A stretch of 64,000 bases of DNA from an uncultured Acidimicrobiales bacterium (GCA_937991435.1 CALKPY010000005.1:45854-109853), one strand, 5' to 3'; numbered from the stretch's first letter, positions 49,289-58,356 are shown. Made by a program: numbers and translations. The notes: a model not told the origin generated them from the sequence alone.

Positions 49289-51442
49289 TCAGACCGGACG
49301 GAACTCAATTCGCCGGTTCAGTGCTTTGTTGGCGTCAGTGTCGTTTGGAGCGACAGGATTTGCCTCACCAAAGCCAACTGCGGTCAAGCTTTCGGCTGGG
49401 ATTCCTTGCTCGATCAAATAGGTCCTCACCGCGTCGGCGCGGTCTTGGCTCAAGGTTCGATTCAAGTCGTCAGACCCGTCGCTGTCGGTGTGCCCACCAA
49501 TCTCGATGTTTGTTGGCGTGGCAATAAGGAACTCGACAACCCGGTCTAGTTCGGCCTTGCCTTCAGCGGTAATATCGCTGCTGCCAAGCGCGAACGTGAT
49601 TGGGTTCAGGCTGAGAGCCTCGCCGATCTCTTCGGGCGGAGCAGGAATCGTCGACGGCGGGAACATCAGTCCATTGATGACGTGAAGCACACCATTGCGA
49701 CCGGCAATGTCAGGCAGCACTACGGTCACAAGATCATTGAGCTTGACTGATCCACCGTCTACTGAGACATTGATCAGTTCGTTCTGAAGCGTCGTCAGGG
49801 TTGTGAGCGAAGCCACATCGGCGCCGCTTAGTTCGCCGTTGACGATGTGGTACTGCAGAAGTTGTTGAAGGATTTCTCGGTTTCCTTCGAGTTGGCCCTG
49901 AGCTGCTGCGATGGCTTCATTGGTCGGAGCAAACACGGTGAATGGCCCGTTGCCGTCGAGAGCATCGCTGAGTCCTGCTTCGTCTAGCAGTGCGCGCATC
50001 GTAGAGAGCTCTGGCTGAGCAGCAATGATGTCGTTGATCGAATAGCCCTCGGGTTCAACCGTGACGACCTGAATGTTGTTCTGCGCACTCGTCATGCCCT
50101 GTACCGCGCGGGCGGCGGTGTCAACAAGTGCGTTGGTGCGATCATCGGGCACCGTGCCGGTCAGAATCGCGACCGTACCGACGACTTCGCCCTTGACTCC
50201 TGGGTAGGGAGCAAGAGCAGCGTTTAGAGCACCCTGGCGTTGGATGAGCGCAGGATCTGGTGTCGGCTCAGCCTGTTCGGCTGTTTCAGTCGACGTGGTG
50301 GTGTCTTCTTCGGTGTCGGCAGCGTCGTCTCCGCACTGGCTCATGAAGTAGAGAAGCAGGAGCACTGCCAGAATTGCCCCGAGGAGCCACCAAAGCCAAC
50401 CCATAGCGGACATAGACCGACCCTTGTCAAAGTCGATGTCGCCGTCAATTGGAGTTTCTTCGACATGCACCGCAGAGGTCTCAGCGACCGCTTCGGTCGC
50501 GGTATAGGCGGGCTCGCCTGGCACTGTCACACTTGCGGCCTCGTCGATACCGCCATACGCGTCGAAGTCAGCAGACGTGCCGACCTTTGGCAGGTCTTCG
50601 GCGATCACGATGTCATCTGCTGCAACGTCACGAGAGGCAACGTCGCCTGCCACAACATCGCCAACCACAACGTCGCTAGCCCGGGTGGCATCAACGTCGA
50701 CGCTGACGTCGGTTACATCGGGCGCACCATCGAGAGAGTCCGGAAATACGCCAGCGACCACCGTTCCGGCACCGACCACGCCGGCACCAGCGGCAAGTGC
50801 GCCGGCTCCGATGCCATTGGCGTCATCAATTTCGACATCGAGGTCGAGCCCATCGTCGAGGCCGACATCGGTATCGAGATTGCCGCCGACACGGGCGACT
50901 GCGTCAACGTCAGAACCATCAGCATCGATGCCAGGGCTGACGAGCTCCACGACCCGTCCGAATCCCTTGCCTTGAAGATCTTCTACCGCAGACCCGAGAT
51001 ATCGGCGCAATCCGGTTGCATCGCGGCTCGCTCCGTTCGCGAGCGTGCCGGTGGCAAGAGGCGCCAACACGGACATGACCTGCGCAAGCATGCGGGTGCT
51101 GAGACCCGAGGCTCCGCTCAGCGCACTAAGCGCGGGCTCTCCACGATCACCAAACGCGACGTCGAGCAATGCCGCTCCGCGCGACGGATCGCCTGCGCTG
51201 AGATAGGCGGCTACATCGTCGGGAACCTGAGCACCCGGCTCATCGAGCATCGCTGCAAGGTTCTGGGCACCCCCTGGCTCGAGCGACTTGTCTCGGAGTC
51301 CGGCGATGAGCGCCGGAAGCCCGATTTCCATCGCCCTTCGCGTCTGGGTGCGGTCTGTGCCGAGTGCATGAGCGAGATCATCGGGCGCTGATCCGCGCAA
51401 CATGTCAGCAATCGTTTCAAACATCGAGGCCACGGGCGACAA
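49289..51442 (-). CDS. multidomain envelope protein: DUF937-like N-terminus, acidic low-complexity region, TM, BON, FAS1 (fasciclin), OmpA C-terminal peptidoglycan-binding domain
   Basis: FAS1: FTVFAPTNEAI and NGVLHVINGLMFPP. OmpA_C: IGGHTDSDGSDDLNRTLSQDRADAVRTYL...NRRIEF. TM MGWLWWLLGAILAVLLLLYF. BON-like GTVAILTGTVPDD. Confidence 0.8.
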   Translation of the reverse strand: MSPVASMFETIADMLRGSAPDDLAHALGTDRTQTRRAMEIGLPALIAGLRDKSLEPGGAQNLAAMLDEPGAQVPDDVAAYLSAGDPSRGAALLDVAFGDRGEPALSALSGASGLSTRMLAQVMSVLAPLATGTLANGASRDATGLRRYLGSAVEDLQGKGFGRVVELVSPGIDADGSDVDAVARVGGNLDTDVGLDDGLDLDVEIDDANGIGAGALAAGAGVVGAGTVVAGVFPDSLDGAPDVTDVSVDVDATRASDVVVGDVVAGDVASRDVAADDIVIAEDLPKVGTSADFDAYGGIDEAASVTVPGEPAYTATEAVAETSAVHVEETPIDGDIDFDKGRSMSAMGWLWWLLGAILAVLLLLYFMSQCGDDAADTEEDTTTSTETAEQAEPTPDPALIQRQGALNAALAPYPGVKGEVVGTVAILTGTVPDDRTNALVDTAARAVQGMTSAQNNIQVVTVEPEGYSINDIIAAQPELSTMRALLDEAGLSDALDGNGPFTVFAPTNEAIAAAQGQLEGNREILQQLLQYHIVNGELSGADVASLTTLTTLQNELINVSVDGGSVKLNDLVTVVLPDIAGRNGVLHVINGLMFPPSTIPAPPEEIGEALSLNPITFALGSSDITAEGKAELDRVVEFLIATPTNIEIGGHTDSDGSDDLNRTLSQDRADAVRTYLIEQGIPAESLTAVGFGEANPVAPNDTDANKALNRRIEFRPV

Positions 51443-51551
51443 TGTTAGGGCCTTCCGGGCTCAACTCGGGTTCAAGGGGTTGAATTCGACTGTCAAGCGA
51501 GTCATTACTGTACCCATCCGGTGGTGATCGCTCCATCTAGGATCAGAGCCA

Positions 51552-52031
51552 ATGAGCTACGTCTCGAGCGAAAAAGTCAACGTGGGTGAGCAAGCCCCGC
51601 CCTTCACCCTTCACCAAGTGGGCGGTGAGCCGATGTCGTTGAGTGACCTCCAGGGCACTCCGGCCGTGTTGGTATTTCTGCGGGGTTTCTTTTGACCAAA
51701 CTGCCGCCGGCACCTCTCGCAGTTGCGAGACGAATACGACCAAATCGAAGCGACAGGAGCCTCACTCGTGGTGATTGCGCCCGGCAGCGCAGACAAGGCC
51801 GATGAATACATCGCCCGATCGGGCACGTTCCCTTTCGCGGTTCTCAGCGATCAGGATCACACCGTTTTCGACGCGTATGACGTCGGCAAAAAGCTGATGT
51901 CGCTCGGTCAACGGCCTGCGATGTTCGTGCTGGACCCCAATGGCATCGTCACCTACAACCAGGTGGGTACGCAGCAAACTGATCTGCCCACGGTTGAAGA
52001 GATCGTACGCGAGGTCATGGCCCAGCAATGA
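51552..52031 (+). CDS. peroxiredoxin-like (AhpC/TSA, PRX_like2) protein with in-frame TGA at the active-site Cys position; candidate selenoprotein (alternatively a pseudogene)
   Basis: ATG 51552, then 47 sense codons (…GEQAPPFTL…LSDLQGTPAVLVFLRGFF), then TGA 51693-51695, then the same frame continues PNCRRHLSQLRDEY…LVVIAPG…FPFAVLSDQD…RPAMFVLDPNG to the stop at 52031. U-P-N-C replaces the usual C-P-x-C. Confidence 0.6.
51693..51695 (+). other. in-frame UGA, candidate selenocysteine codon
   Basis: 51693 minus 51552 is 141, which is 47 codons, so the TGA is in frame with ATG 51552. The track ORF at 51723 is in the same frame. Confidence 0.55.
51715..51730 (+). promoter_or_regulatory. candidate bacterial SECIS hairpin (tctcgc-AGTT-gcgaga)
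   Basis: Perfect 6-bp stem with a 4-nt loop containing GU. The stem starts 19 nt after the UGA. Spacing is compatible with bSECIS models, but the stem is short and I could not extend it convincingly. Confidence 0.4.
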
Positions 52032-52080
52032 CCATCGTGGGTAGAGCTAGCGCACGAACCCGAACCTTGGGCTACCCCCG

Positions 52081-52929
52081 ATGACCGAGGTCCGTTGGCG
52101 TTCGCGATCAACGAATGATTCGCCAATTGTCGTAATGGCTCTCGAAGGGCTGTTCGATATTGCCAACGCGGCGACCGACGCAGTCGACCACCTTTGCGGC
52201 CTCGCTACGTCCCAAACGCTCCTGGCGTCGATCGACCCAGAAACGTTTTTCGACTTTACGCAAGAACGCCCAAGGGTGAGTCTCGGCCCTGACGGAGCTC
52301 GCACACTCGACTGGCCCCAAAATGACGCCGTGGAGCTGCGCCTCGACGGACCGGTTCCCGAAATTATTGCCATCTCGGGCATCGAGCCCCATCTGCGTTG
52401 GCGCACGTTTTCTGAATCAATTGGCGAAATTGCGCAGCAATCCGGTGCTCGGTTAGTGGTGACGCTTGGGGCCATGGCAGGCCTCGCACCGCACACGCGT
52501 CCACTCGGTGTTGTGGGGTCCGCAAGCGACACCGCACTTGCTGCAAAGCTCGGCCTCAGCAAACCGAGTTATCAAGGCCCGACCGGGCTCGCTGGCGCGC
52601 TGCATGTGCATCTGCACGAGGCAGGGCTCGCTGTGATCTCAATGCGCGTTTCGGTTCCGCACTATGTAACCCAATCGCCAAACCCCGAAGCCACACGATC
52701 ACTGCTTGCCCGGCTCGAGCTCGTGACCGGCATCGAGACACGACACCGAGAACTCGATGCCGACGCTCTGGCGTGGCGACGTCGGGTTGACGAAGCTGTT
52801 GCAAGCGACCCTGACATGCAACGTTACGTGGGCCAACTCGAAGATCAGATCGATGCGACCGACGACCTTCTTCCATCGGGCGACGCGATCGCCGCAGAGC
52901 TGCAGGCGTGGCTCCGGGACCGGAGCTGA
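52081..52929 (+). CDS. PAC2 (proteasome assembly chaperone 2-like) family protein
   Basis: 282 aa. N-terminal PIVVMALEGLFDIANAATDAV, ISGIEP and HYV motifs resemble actinobacterial PAC2 family proteins. Confidence 0.7.
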   Translation: MTEVRWRSRSTNDSPIVVMALEGLFDIANAATDAVDHLCGLATSQTLLASIDPETFFDFTQERPRVSLGPDGARTLDWPQNDAVELRLDGPVPEIIAISGIEPHLRWRTFSESIGEIAQQSGARLVVTLGAMAGLAPHTRPLGVVGSASDTALAAKLGLSKPSYQGPTGLAGALHVHLHEAGLAVISMRVSVPHYVTQSPNPEATRSLLARLELVTGIETRHRELDADALAWRRRVDEAVASDPDMQRYVGQLEDQIDATDDLLPSGDAIAAELQAWLRDRS

Positions 52930-52943
52930 CTAGGTTCGTGGCA

Positions 52944-53441
52944 ATGAGCGATCAACGCGAAGATATGACGTTCGATCTGTACGGCACCGCCGTGCGCGAA
53001 CTGGCGACGCAGGTGGCCGATGACGGCTATCGACCTGACATGATTTTGGCCATCGCCCGCGGTGGCCTGTTCGTTGCCGGGTCACTCGGCTATGCGCTGG
53101 GGGTGAAGAACCTTTACGTAATGAACGTTGAGTACTACACCGGCGTCGACGAGCGCCTAGACGTGCCCGTCATGTTGCCGCCCTATGTCGACTTTGTCGA
53201 CACCGACGCCGCCAAGATTCTCGTCGCCGACGATGTGGCCGACACTGGCCACACGCTCGAGTTGGTGCGCGAGTTCTGCTCCGGTCGCGTCGCCGAAGTG
53301 CGCACAGCCGTGCTGTATGAGAAGCCGCAATCAGTCGTCAAGTGCGACTATGTCTGGAAGCACACCGATCTCTGGATTGAGTTCCCCTGGTCAAAGGAGC
53401 CACCTCTTTCCCAGGTACAGACCAACGCACTCGACGCATAG
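52944..53441 (+). CDS. phosphoribosyltransferase (purine PRT-like)
   Basis: ILAIARGGLFVAGSLGY and the PRPP loop ILVADDVADTGHTL. 165 aa from ATG 52944. Confidence 0.8.
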   Translation: MSDQREDMTFDLYGTAVRELATQVADDGYRPDMILAIARGGLFVAGSLGYALGVKNLYVMNVEYYTGVDERLDVPVMLPPYVDFVDTDAAKILVADDVADTGHTLELVREFCSGRVAEVRTAVLYEKPQSVVKCDYVWKHTDLWIEFPWSKEPPLSQVQTNALDA

Positions 53442-53465
53442 AGTCGCGCCATACGCAGGGGGCGT

Positions 53466-54974
53466 TTAGTGCCTGAAGTGGCGACGCCCCGTGAAGACCA
53501 TTGCCAATCCCTGCTCGTTCGCGGCAGTGATCACCTCGTCGTCTCGAATCGACCCGCCGGGTTGAACCACGACAGTCGCACCAGCTTCGGCCGCAGCGTC
53601 TAACCCATCACGAAACGGGAAGAACGCATCGCTGGCACAGGCCCCACCTACAGCGCGCCCGTCTGCCTTTTCGGCAGCGATCCGGGCGGCATCGCGCCGG
53701 TTCTGCTGGCCTGCGCCTATTCCGACGGCTGCGCCGTCTTTGGCGAGCACAATGCAATTACTCGAAACACCAGCAGCGAGCTTCCATGCGAATGTCAGGT
53801 CGATCCACTCGTCGGCGGTCGGTTGACGCTCGGTCGCGACCTGCCACGTGTCGAAGCCGACCTGCAGACGGTCGCTGTCTTGGACCAAAAGACCACCGCT
53901 GACAGTGCGAAACGTCAGCGGCTCGGCAGCAAAGGGAGCATCGCCGACCGCCACGACCCGCAGGTTAGGTTTCGAGGCGAGAACCTCAAGTGCCGATGGT
54001 TCAAATGACGGGGCGACGACAACTTCAGTGAAGACACCGGTGACACGAGCGGCCAGCTCGGCAGTCGCTTCACGGTTAAGAGCCACGACGCCACCAAACG
54101 CTGAGACCGGGTCGCCCTCGTGCGCCCGCTCGTATGCCGATTCGATCGTTTGGCCAAGCGCTGCGCCACAGGGGTTCGCGTGTTTCACCACGACAGCAGC
54201 CGGACCGTCTGCTTGCAGGTTGTTGACGAGAGCCCATGCGGCCTCGGTGTCGTACACGTTGAGGTACGACATCTCTTTGCCCTGGTGGATCACTGCCGAG
54301 TCCCACCACCCTTCGCCGTGCGTATGGCGGTACCGGGCGCCGATCTGATGCGGGTTCTCGCCGTAGCGAAGGTCGTGGACCCGATCGAGGCTGAGGTGGA
54401 TCGAGTCGGGCAGCCCACCGCCGGCATCAGCTGCAGCGTCAAACCACGTCGTAATCGCGGCGTCATAGGCGGCTGTGTGGGCAAATGCTTTGCGGGCAAG
54501 CGCACGCCGCATCTCGGCATCTGGGCCGCCGGACCTCAAAGCCGAGAGCGCCGATTCATAGTCATCTGGCGACGTAACGATCGTGACATGGGCATGGTTC
54601 TTCGCCGCCGCCCGCACCATGGTCGGGCCGCCGATATCGATATTCTCAATATCTGGTGCCGCCACAAAGGGGTAGAGATTCGACACCACAAGGTCGATTG
54701 GGACTATTCCTCGGTCACTGAGTTGTGTTACGTGAGCGGAATTGCTGCGATCCGCCAAGATTGCACCGTGGATCGCCGGATGAAGGGTCTTGACCCGCCC
54801 ATCGAGCATTTCATCGGCGCCGGTGACCTCGGCCACGGTGAGCGCGGCGATCCCAGCGTCGGCCAAAGCCCGGTGTGTTCCGCCACTACTGATGAGCTCA
54901 AACCCGAGCGAAACCAATCCCTCGGCGAACGGGATCAGACCGGCCTTGTCACTAACGGACAGCAATGCTCGCAA
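53466..54974 (-). CDS. purH: bifunctional AICAR transformylase / IMP cyclohydrolase
   Basis: RALLSVSDKAGL, KTLHPAIHGGIL-like, VVVKHANPCG and the C-terminal FTGRRHFRH. TTG start with GGAGG 8 nt upstream. Confidence 0.95.
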   Translation of the reverse strand: MRALLSVSDKAGLIPFAEGLVSLGFELISSGGTHRALADAGIAALTVAEVTGADEMLDGRVKTLHPAIHGAILADRSNSAHVTQLSDRGIVPIDLVVSNLYPFVAAPDIENIDIGGPTMVRAAAKNHAHVTIVTSPDDYESALSALRSGGPDAEMRRALARKAFAHTAAYDAAITTWFDAAADAGGGLPDSIHLSLDRVHDLRYGENPHQIGARYRHTHGEGWWDSAVIHQGKEMSYLNVYDTEAAWALVNNLQADGPAAVVVKHANPCGAALGQTIESAYERAHEGDPVSAFGGVVALNREATAELAARVTGVFTEVVVAPSFEPSALEVLASKPNLRVVAVGDAPFAAEPLTFRTVSGGLLVQDSDRLQVGFDTWQVATERQPTADEWIDLTFAWKLAAGVSSNCIVLAKDGAAVGIGAGQQNRRDAARIAAEKADGRAVGGACASDAFFPFRDGLDAAAEAGATVVVQPGGSIRDDEVITAANEQGLAMVFTGRRHFRH

Positions 54975-55053
54975 CGGGTGCCTCCAGCGAAGTGTGCAGC
55001 AGAAGCCGACGTTAGCCGCGCATCGACTGTGCGGGCGCTACGGTTTCGCAACG

Positions 55054-55482
55054 ATGAACAACGACACTTCACAGAAACGGTTCGAGCTTCGCGAAGCACT
55101 CCTCGTGATCGGAGGCGTTGCAATGATCGTTGCATCGTTCTTGCCGTGGCGACCGAATCCTGAGTTCATTGTCGATGGCGCCGAACGAGTCGAGCTCAGT
55201 CGCAACGGCTGGGAACTTGGCATGCTCGGGCTGTGGCAGACAATTATTGGCGGTCTGATCACGCTGGTTGGTCTCATCGGCATGCTTGGCAAAGCCAAGG
55301 TGCTTCCCCGCTCGATCGTCGGGTTTGCGACCTGGCAGCTCGTCGTTCTGTTCGCGACCCCACCGTTGTTGTGGAACTTTGGGCTGCAGTTCGATCAGAT
55401 CTTCGGTGGTGTCGGCCTGTTCATCGGTTGGATCGGTGCCGCCACCGCCATCGTGAGCGCAGCAATGAACCAGGTCGATTGA
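55054..55482 (+). CDS. hypothetical small membrane protein (4 TM)
   Basis: 142 aa from ATG 55054. Four hydrophobic segments. The longer track ORF overlaps purH on the opposite strand. Confidence 0.5.
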   Translation: MNNDTSQKRFELREALLVIGGVAMIVASFLPWRPNPEFIVDGAERVELSRNGWELGMLGLWQTIIGGLITLVGLIGMLGKAKVLPRSIVGFATWQLVVLFATPPLLWNFGLQFDQIFGGVGLFIGWIGAATAIVSAAMNQVD

Positions 55483-55559
55483 CGACCAACCGGTTCCGAC
55501 GATGCCGACAAGCGCCAGCTCTACGCGAAGACGTAAAGCTGACGCCTATTCGATGAAAA

Positions 55560-56444
55560 TTACAGCTTGGCGACGATTTCGGCCATGAGTTCGCCGGCCT
55601 CTGTAGGGTTCTGCCCCACCAACACGCCAGCGTCTCGAAGCGCTTCCATCTTCGCGTCGGCTGTTCCCTTGCCACCGGAGACGATGGCTCCTGCGTGGCC
55701 CATTTTCTTGCCCGGAGGGGCGGTTACGCCTGCCACGTAGCTCGACACCGGCTTGGTCACATTGTTCTTGATGAACTCGGCAGCCTCTTCTTCGGCCGAG
55801 CCGCCGATTTCACCGATCATCATGATCGCTTTGGTCTCAGGGTCAGCTTCGAATGCAGCCAAGCAATCGATGAAGCTCGTGCCCGGAACCGGATCGCCAC
55901 CAATACCTACGCAGGTGGTCACACCGATGTCTTTTTGCTTGAGTTCGTAGAGCGCCTGGTAGGTCAACGTGCCAGACCGGCTCACGATGCCGACGGGACC
56001 GCCTGCCTTAGCGATGTGGCCAGCGGTGATGCCGATATTGCACTTGCCCGGGCTGATAATGCCTGGGCAGTTCGGGCCCAAAAGTTGCACGTCTGGATGG
56101 TCGCGTTGCAGCTTGTTGAAGAACCAGGCCTCGTCATGAGCAGGCACGCCTTCGGTGATAGCGACGATGAACTTGATACCGCCTTCGGCTGCCTCGATCA
56201 CCGCGTCTTTCACGCCTGGTGCGGGAATGAAGATACAGCTCGCGGTAGCTCCGGTGGCTGCGACTGCTTCGGCAACCGATGCATAGATCGGCACGCCATC
56301 GACGTCGGTGCCCGCCTTTTTGGGGTGAGTGCCGGCGACAACCTGCGTGCCGTACTCCTTATTTAGGCCCCCGTAGTAGCTGCCTTGGCGGCCGGTCAGG
56401 CCCTGGTAAATGACCTTGGTGGTCTCGTCAACGAAAATTGCCAT
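55560..56444 (-). CDS. sucD: succinate--CoA ligase [ADP-forming] subunit alpha
   Basis: 294 aa. Motifs GLTGRQGSYY, NCPGIISPG, SRSGTLTYQ and GHAGAIVSGG (phosphohistidine loop). Confidence 0.95.
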   Translation of the reverse strand: MAIFVDETTKVIYQGLTGRQGSYYGGLNKEYGTQVVAGTHPKKAGTDVDGVPIYASVAEAVAATGATASCIFIPAPGVKDAVIEAAEGGIKFIVAITEGVPAHDEAWFFNKLQRDHPDVQLLGPNCPGIISPGKCNIGITAGHIAKAGGPVGIVSRSGTLTYQALYELKQKDIGVTTCVGIGGDPVPGTSFIDCLAAFEADPETKAIMMIGEIGGSAEEEAAEFIKNNVTKPVSSYVAGVTAPPGKKMGHAGAIVSGGKGTADAKMEALRDAGVLVGQNPTEAGELMAEIVAKL

Positions 56445-56474
56445 AGGAAGAATCTCTCTCGTGAAGCAGGCGGA

Positions 56475-57617
56475 TCAGCGGGCGGCCAACTCGGCGCTGC
56501 GGCGAGCGGCGTCGAGCATGGTGGTTTCCATCATGAGTCTGTCGTTGAGGGCCGGGGCAAGAATGGCCCGGCCCTCTTCGGCATTGGTGCCGTCGAGGCG
56601 AATGACGATCGGCGAATCGATCTTCACCCGCTTCATGGCTTCGAGAATGCCGTTCGCGACCTCTTCACCGCGGGTAATTCCGCCGAAGATGTTGATGAAG
56701 ATCGCTTTGACATTCTTGTCGTCATTAATGACTTCGAGCGCCCCGGCCATGACGTCGGCATTGGCGCCGCCGCCGATGTCGAGGAAGTTTGCGGGTTCAC
56801 CGCCGACCTGATTGATCACGTCGAGCGTGCTCATGGCCAGACCAGCGCCGTTGGCGATCACACCGACCGAACCTTCGAGGCCGACGTATTGCAGGCCTTT
56901 GGCGTGAGCGGCTTGTTCGCGCTCGTCGCGGGTCTGTGTCTCGTCGTATTGGGCGTAGTCGGGGTGGCGGAATTCTGCGTTGCCGTCAAGCGTCACCTTG
57001 GAATCGAGCACGTGGACCTTGCCCTCAGGGGTGAGGATCAACGGGTTGATTTCGACCAGGTCGGCATCGCCCTCGGAGTAGCTCGCATACAGCTGTTTGG
57101 CGATGGCGATGGCGCCGTCGCGTGCGGCGGGGTTGAGCCCCGCGCCGTCGACCCATTGCGCGGCCAATTCATCGGTGAGACCATCGACCGGGTCGACCCA
57201 GATCTTGGAGATCTTTTCAGGCGTCGATTCGGCGACCTCTTCGATGTCCATGCCACCTTCGGCCGACAGCATGCCTAGGTGCTTCTTGGCGCCCCGGTCG
57301 AGCGTGAAGCTCATGTAGTACTCCTCGGCGATGTCCGAGGCCTTTTCGATCCAGATGCGCTCAACGATGTGGCCTTTGATATCGAGACCCAGAATGTTGG
57401 TCGCGTGTTCGCGTACCGCATCGATGTCGGCAGCGAACTTGATGCCGCCAAGCTTGCCGCGGCCGCCGGTAAGCACCTGCGACTTGACCATGACCGGCGT
57501 GCCGAGACGTTCCGCGGCTGCAAGAGCCTCGTCAACGCTGAACGCGATTTCGCCGGCGGACACCGGCATGCCGTACTGGGCAAAGAATTGTTTGCCTTGA
57601 TACTCGAACAGATCCAC
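56475..57617 (-). CDS. sucC: succinate--CoA ligase [ADP-forming] subunit beta
   Basis: VDLFEYQGKQFFAQYGMPV start (GTG 57617, preceded by AAGGGAAG). Also GGRGKLGGIKF and NIFGGITRG. 380 aa. Confidence 0.95.
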   Translation of the reverse strand: MDLFEYQGKQFFAQYGMPVSAGEIAFSVDEALAAAERLGTPVMVKSQVLTGGRGKLGGIKFAADIDAVREHATNILGLDIKGHIVERIWIEKASDIAEEYYMSFTLDRGAKKHLGMLSAEGGMDIEEVAESTPEKISKIWVDPVDGLTDELAAQWVDGAGLNPAARDGAIAIAKQLYASYSEGDADLVEINPLILTPEGKVHVLDSKVTLDGNAEFRHPDYAQYDETQTRDEREQAAHAKGLQYVGLEGSVGVIANGAGLAMSTLDVINQVGGEPANFLDIGGGANADVMAGALEVINDDKNVKAIFINIFGGITRGEEVANGILEAMKRVKIDSPIVIRLDGTNAEEGRAILAPALNDRLMMETTMLDAARRSAELAAR

Positions 57618-57670
57618 TGCGACTTCCCTTCGACTCACGCAGCCAATGTCGGAAGTGCTGCGGTGCCGAC

Positions 57671-58228
57671 GTGATACTAGGCGCACGCTCGCTGATCGAT
57701 ACAGCTGCGACGAGCAGAATTGGAGACACCGCCGTGCCGGTAGAACAACGAGATCCTCGCCAGACAGCCAAAGCGGTCGCCCTTGGGCTTGGCGCAGTGG
57801 GCGCTGCAGTCGGCTTTATGTTGCTCGTTCTGTTCGTCACCGATCGTGGAGGGATCGAGATAGCGCTCGGCGATGACGCGTTTGAAGCTGGACGCATCGA
57901 CGCCATCGCGGAAGAGGTCGCCGAGAACGGACCAATTCGCTACGCGGACCTCATCGGCGGACGCCAGAACATCATCTTGCAGCACCTCGGCGACGACCCG
58001 GCAACGGGCTGGTACGCGTTTGATCTTATTCGCCCCGGGCAGCCGCCTGAGTGCCAGCTCGACTGGGATGACGAGGCCGAGGTCTTCGTTGACGGTTGCG
58101 ACGGCACAGTAATTCCGCCGACTGGATTCGGACAGCCGACCTACCCCGTCGAGATTGACGACGACGATTTTCTCGTCATCAACTTCCGAGCCGAAACAGA
58201 AGCCGCCCCCGACACCAACGATGACTGA
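57671..58228 (+). CDS. hypothetical membrane-anchored protein
   Basis: One TM (VALGLGAVGAAVGFMLLVLFV) followed by an acidic domain of about 130 aa. Start is GTG 57671 or GTG 57734. Confidence 0.45.
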   Translation: MILGARSLIDTAATSRIGDTAVPVEQRDPRQTAKAVALGLGAVGAAVGFMLLVLFVTDRGGIEIALGDDAFEAGRIDAIAEEVAENGPIRYADLIGGRQNIILQHLGDDPATGWYAFDLIRPGQPPECQLDWDDEAEVFVDGCDGTVIPPTGFGQPTYPVEIDDDDFLVINFRAETEAAPDTNDD

Positions 58229-58270
58229 CGACGTTCATCCCGGCGTTACCACTCAGACCACGACGCGAAG

Positions 58271-58298
58271 GATCCCCGGCGGGTAGTCGCCGGGGATC
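58271..58298. terminator. perfect 11-bp-stem hairpin (gatccccggcg-ggtagt-cgccggggatc) between convergent genes
   Basis: Read directly. It lies 43 bp after the stop of the plus-strand gene at 58228. Confidence 0.55.
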
Positions 58299-58329
58299 GC
58301 TCATGTTGCTGGGGTTTCCAGCCGTGCGT

Positions 58330-58351
58330 TGGCCAGATCTTGATCTGGCCA
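58330..58351. terminator. perfect 10-bp palindrome (tggccagatc-tt-gatctggcca) next to the 3' end of the protease gene
   Basis: Read directly. It lies 6 bp from the minus-strand stop at 58357. It could be a terminator stem or a protein-binding palindrome. Confidence 0.4.
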
Positions 58352-58356
58352 GTGTT

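Noticed and set aside
50240-51391. 383-aa plus-strand ORF opposite the DUF937-BON-FAS1-OmpA gene.
   Set aside because: It is antisense to a gene with clear FAS1 and OmpA signatures. Its translation is Arg/Gly/His-rich noise.
51723-52031. Stand-alone 102-aa ORF (TTG start) as listed in the track.
   Set aside because: It would encode only the C-terminal two-thirds of a thioredoxin-fold peroxiredoxin, with no active site. The upstream 47 codons in the same frame complete the fold if TGA 51693 is decoded. I therefore report the longer recoded gene, or possibly a pseudogene.
54975-55053. ZTP (pfl) riboswitch upstream of purH.
   Set aside because: The 79-nt leader has a good GGAGG RBS, but I could not recognise pfl-motif conserved segments or a pseudoknot partner.
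54120-55163. 347-aa plus-strand ORF opposite purH, and a 297-aa ORF (56385-57278) opposite sucC.
   Set aside because: PurH and SucC are unambiguous on the minus strand. The antisense frames are artefacts.
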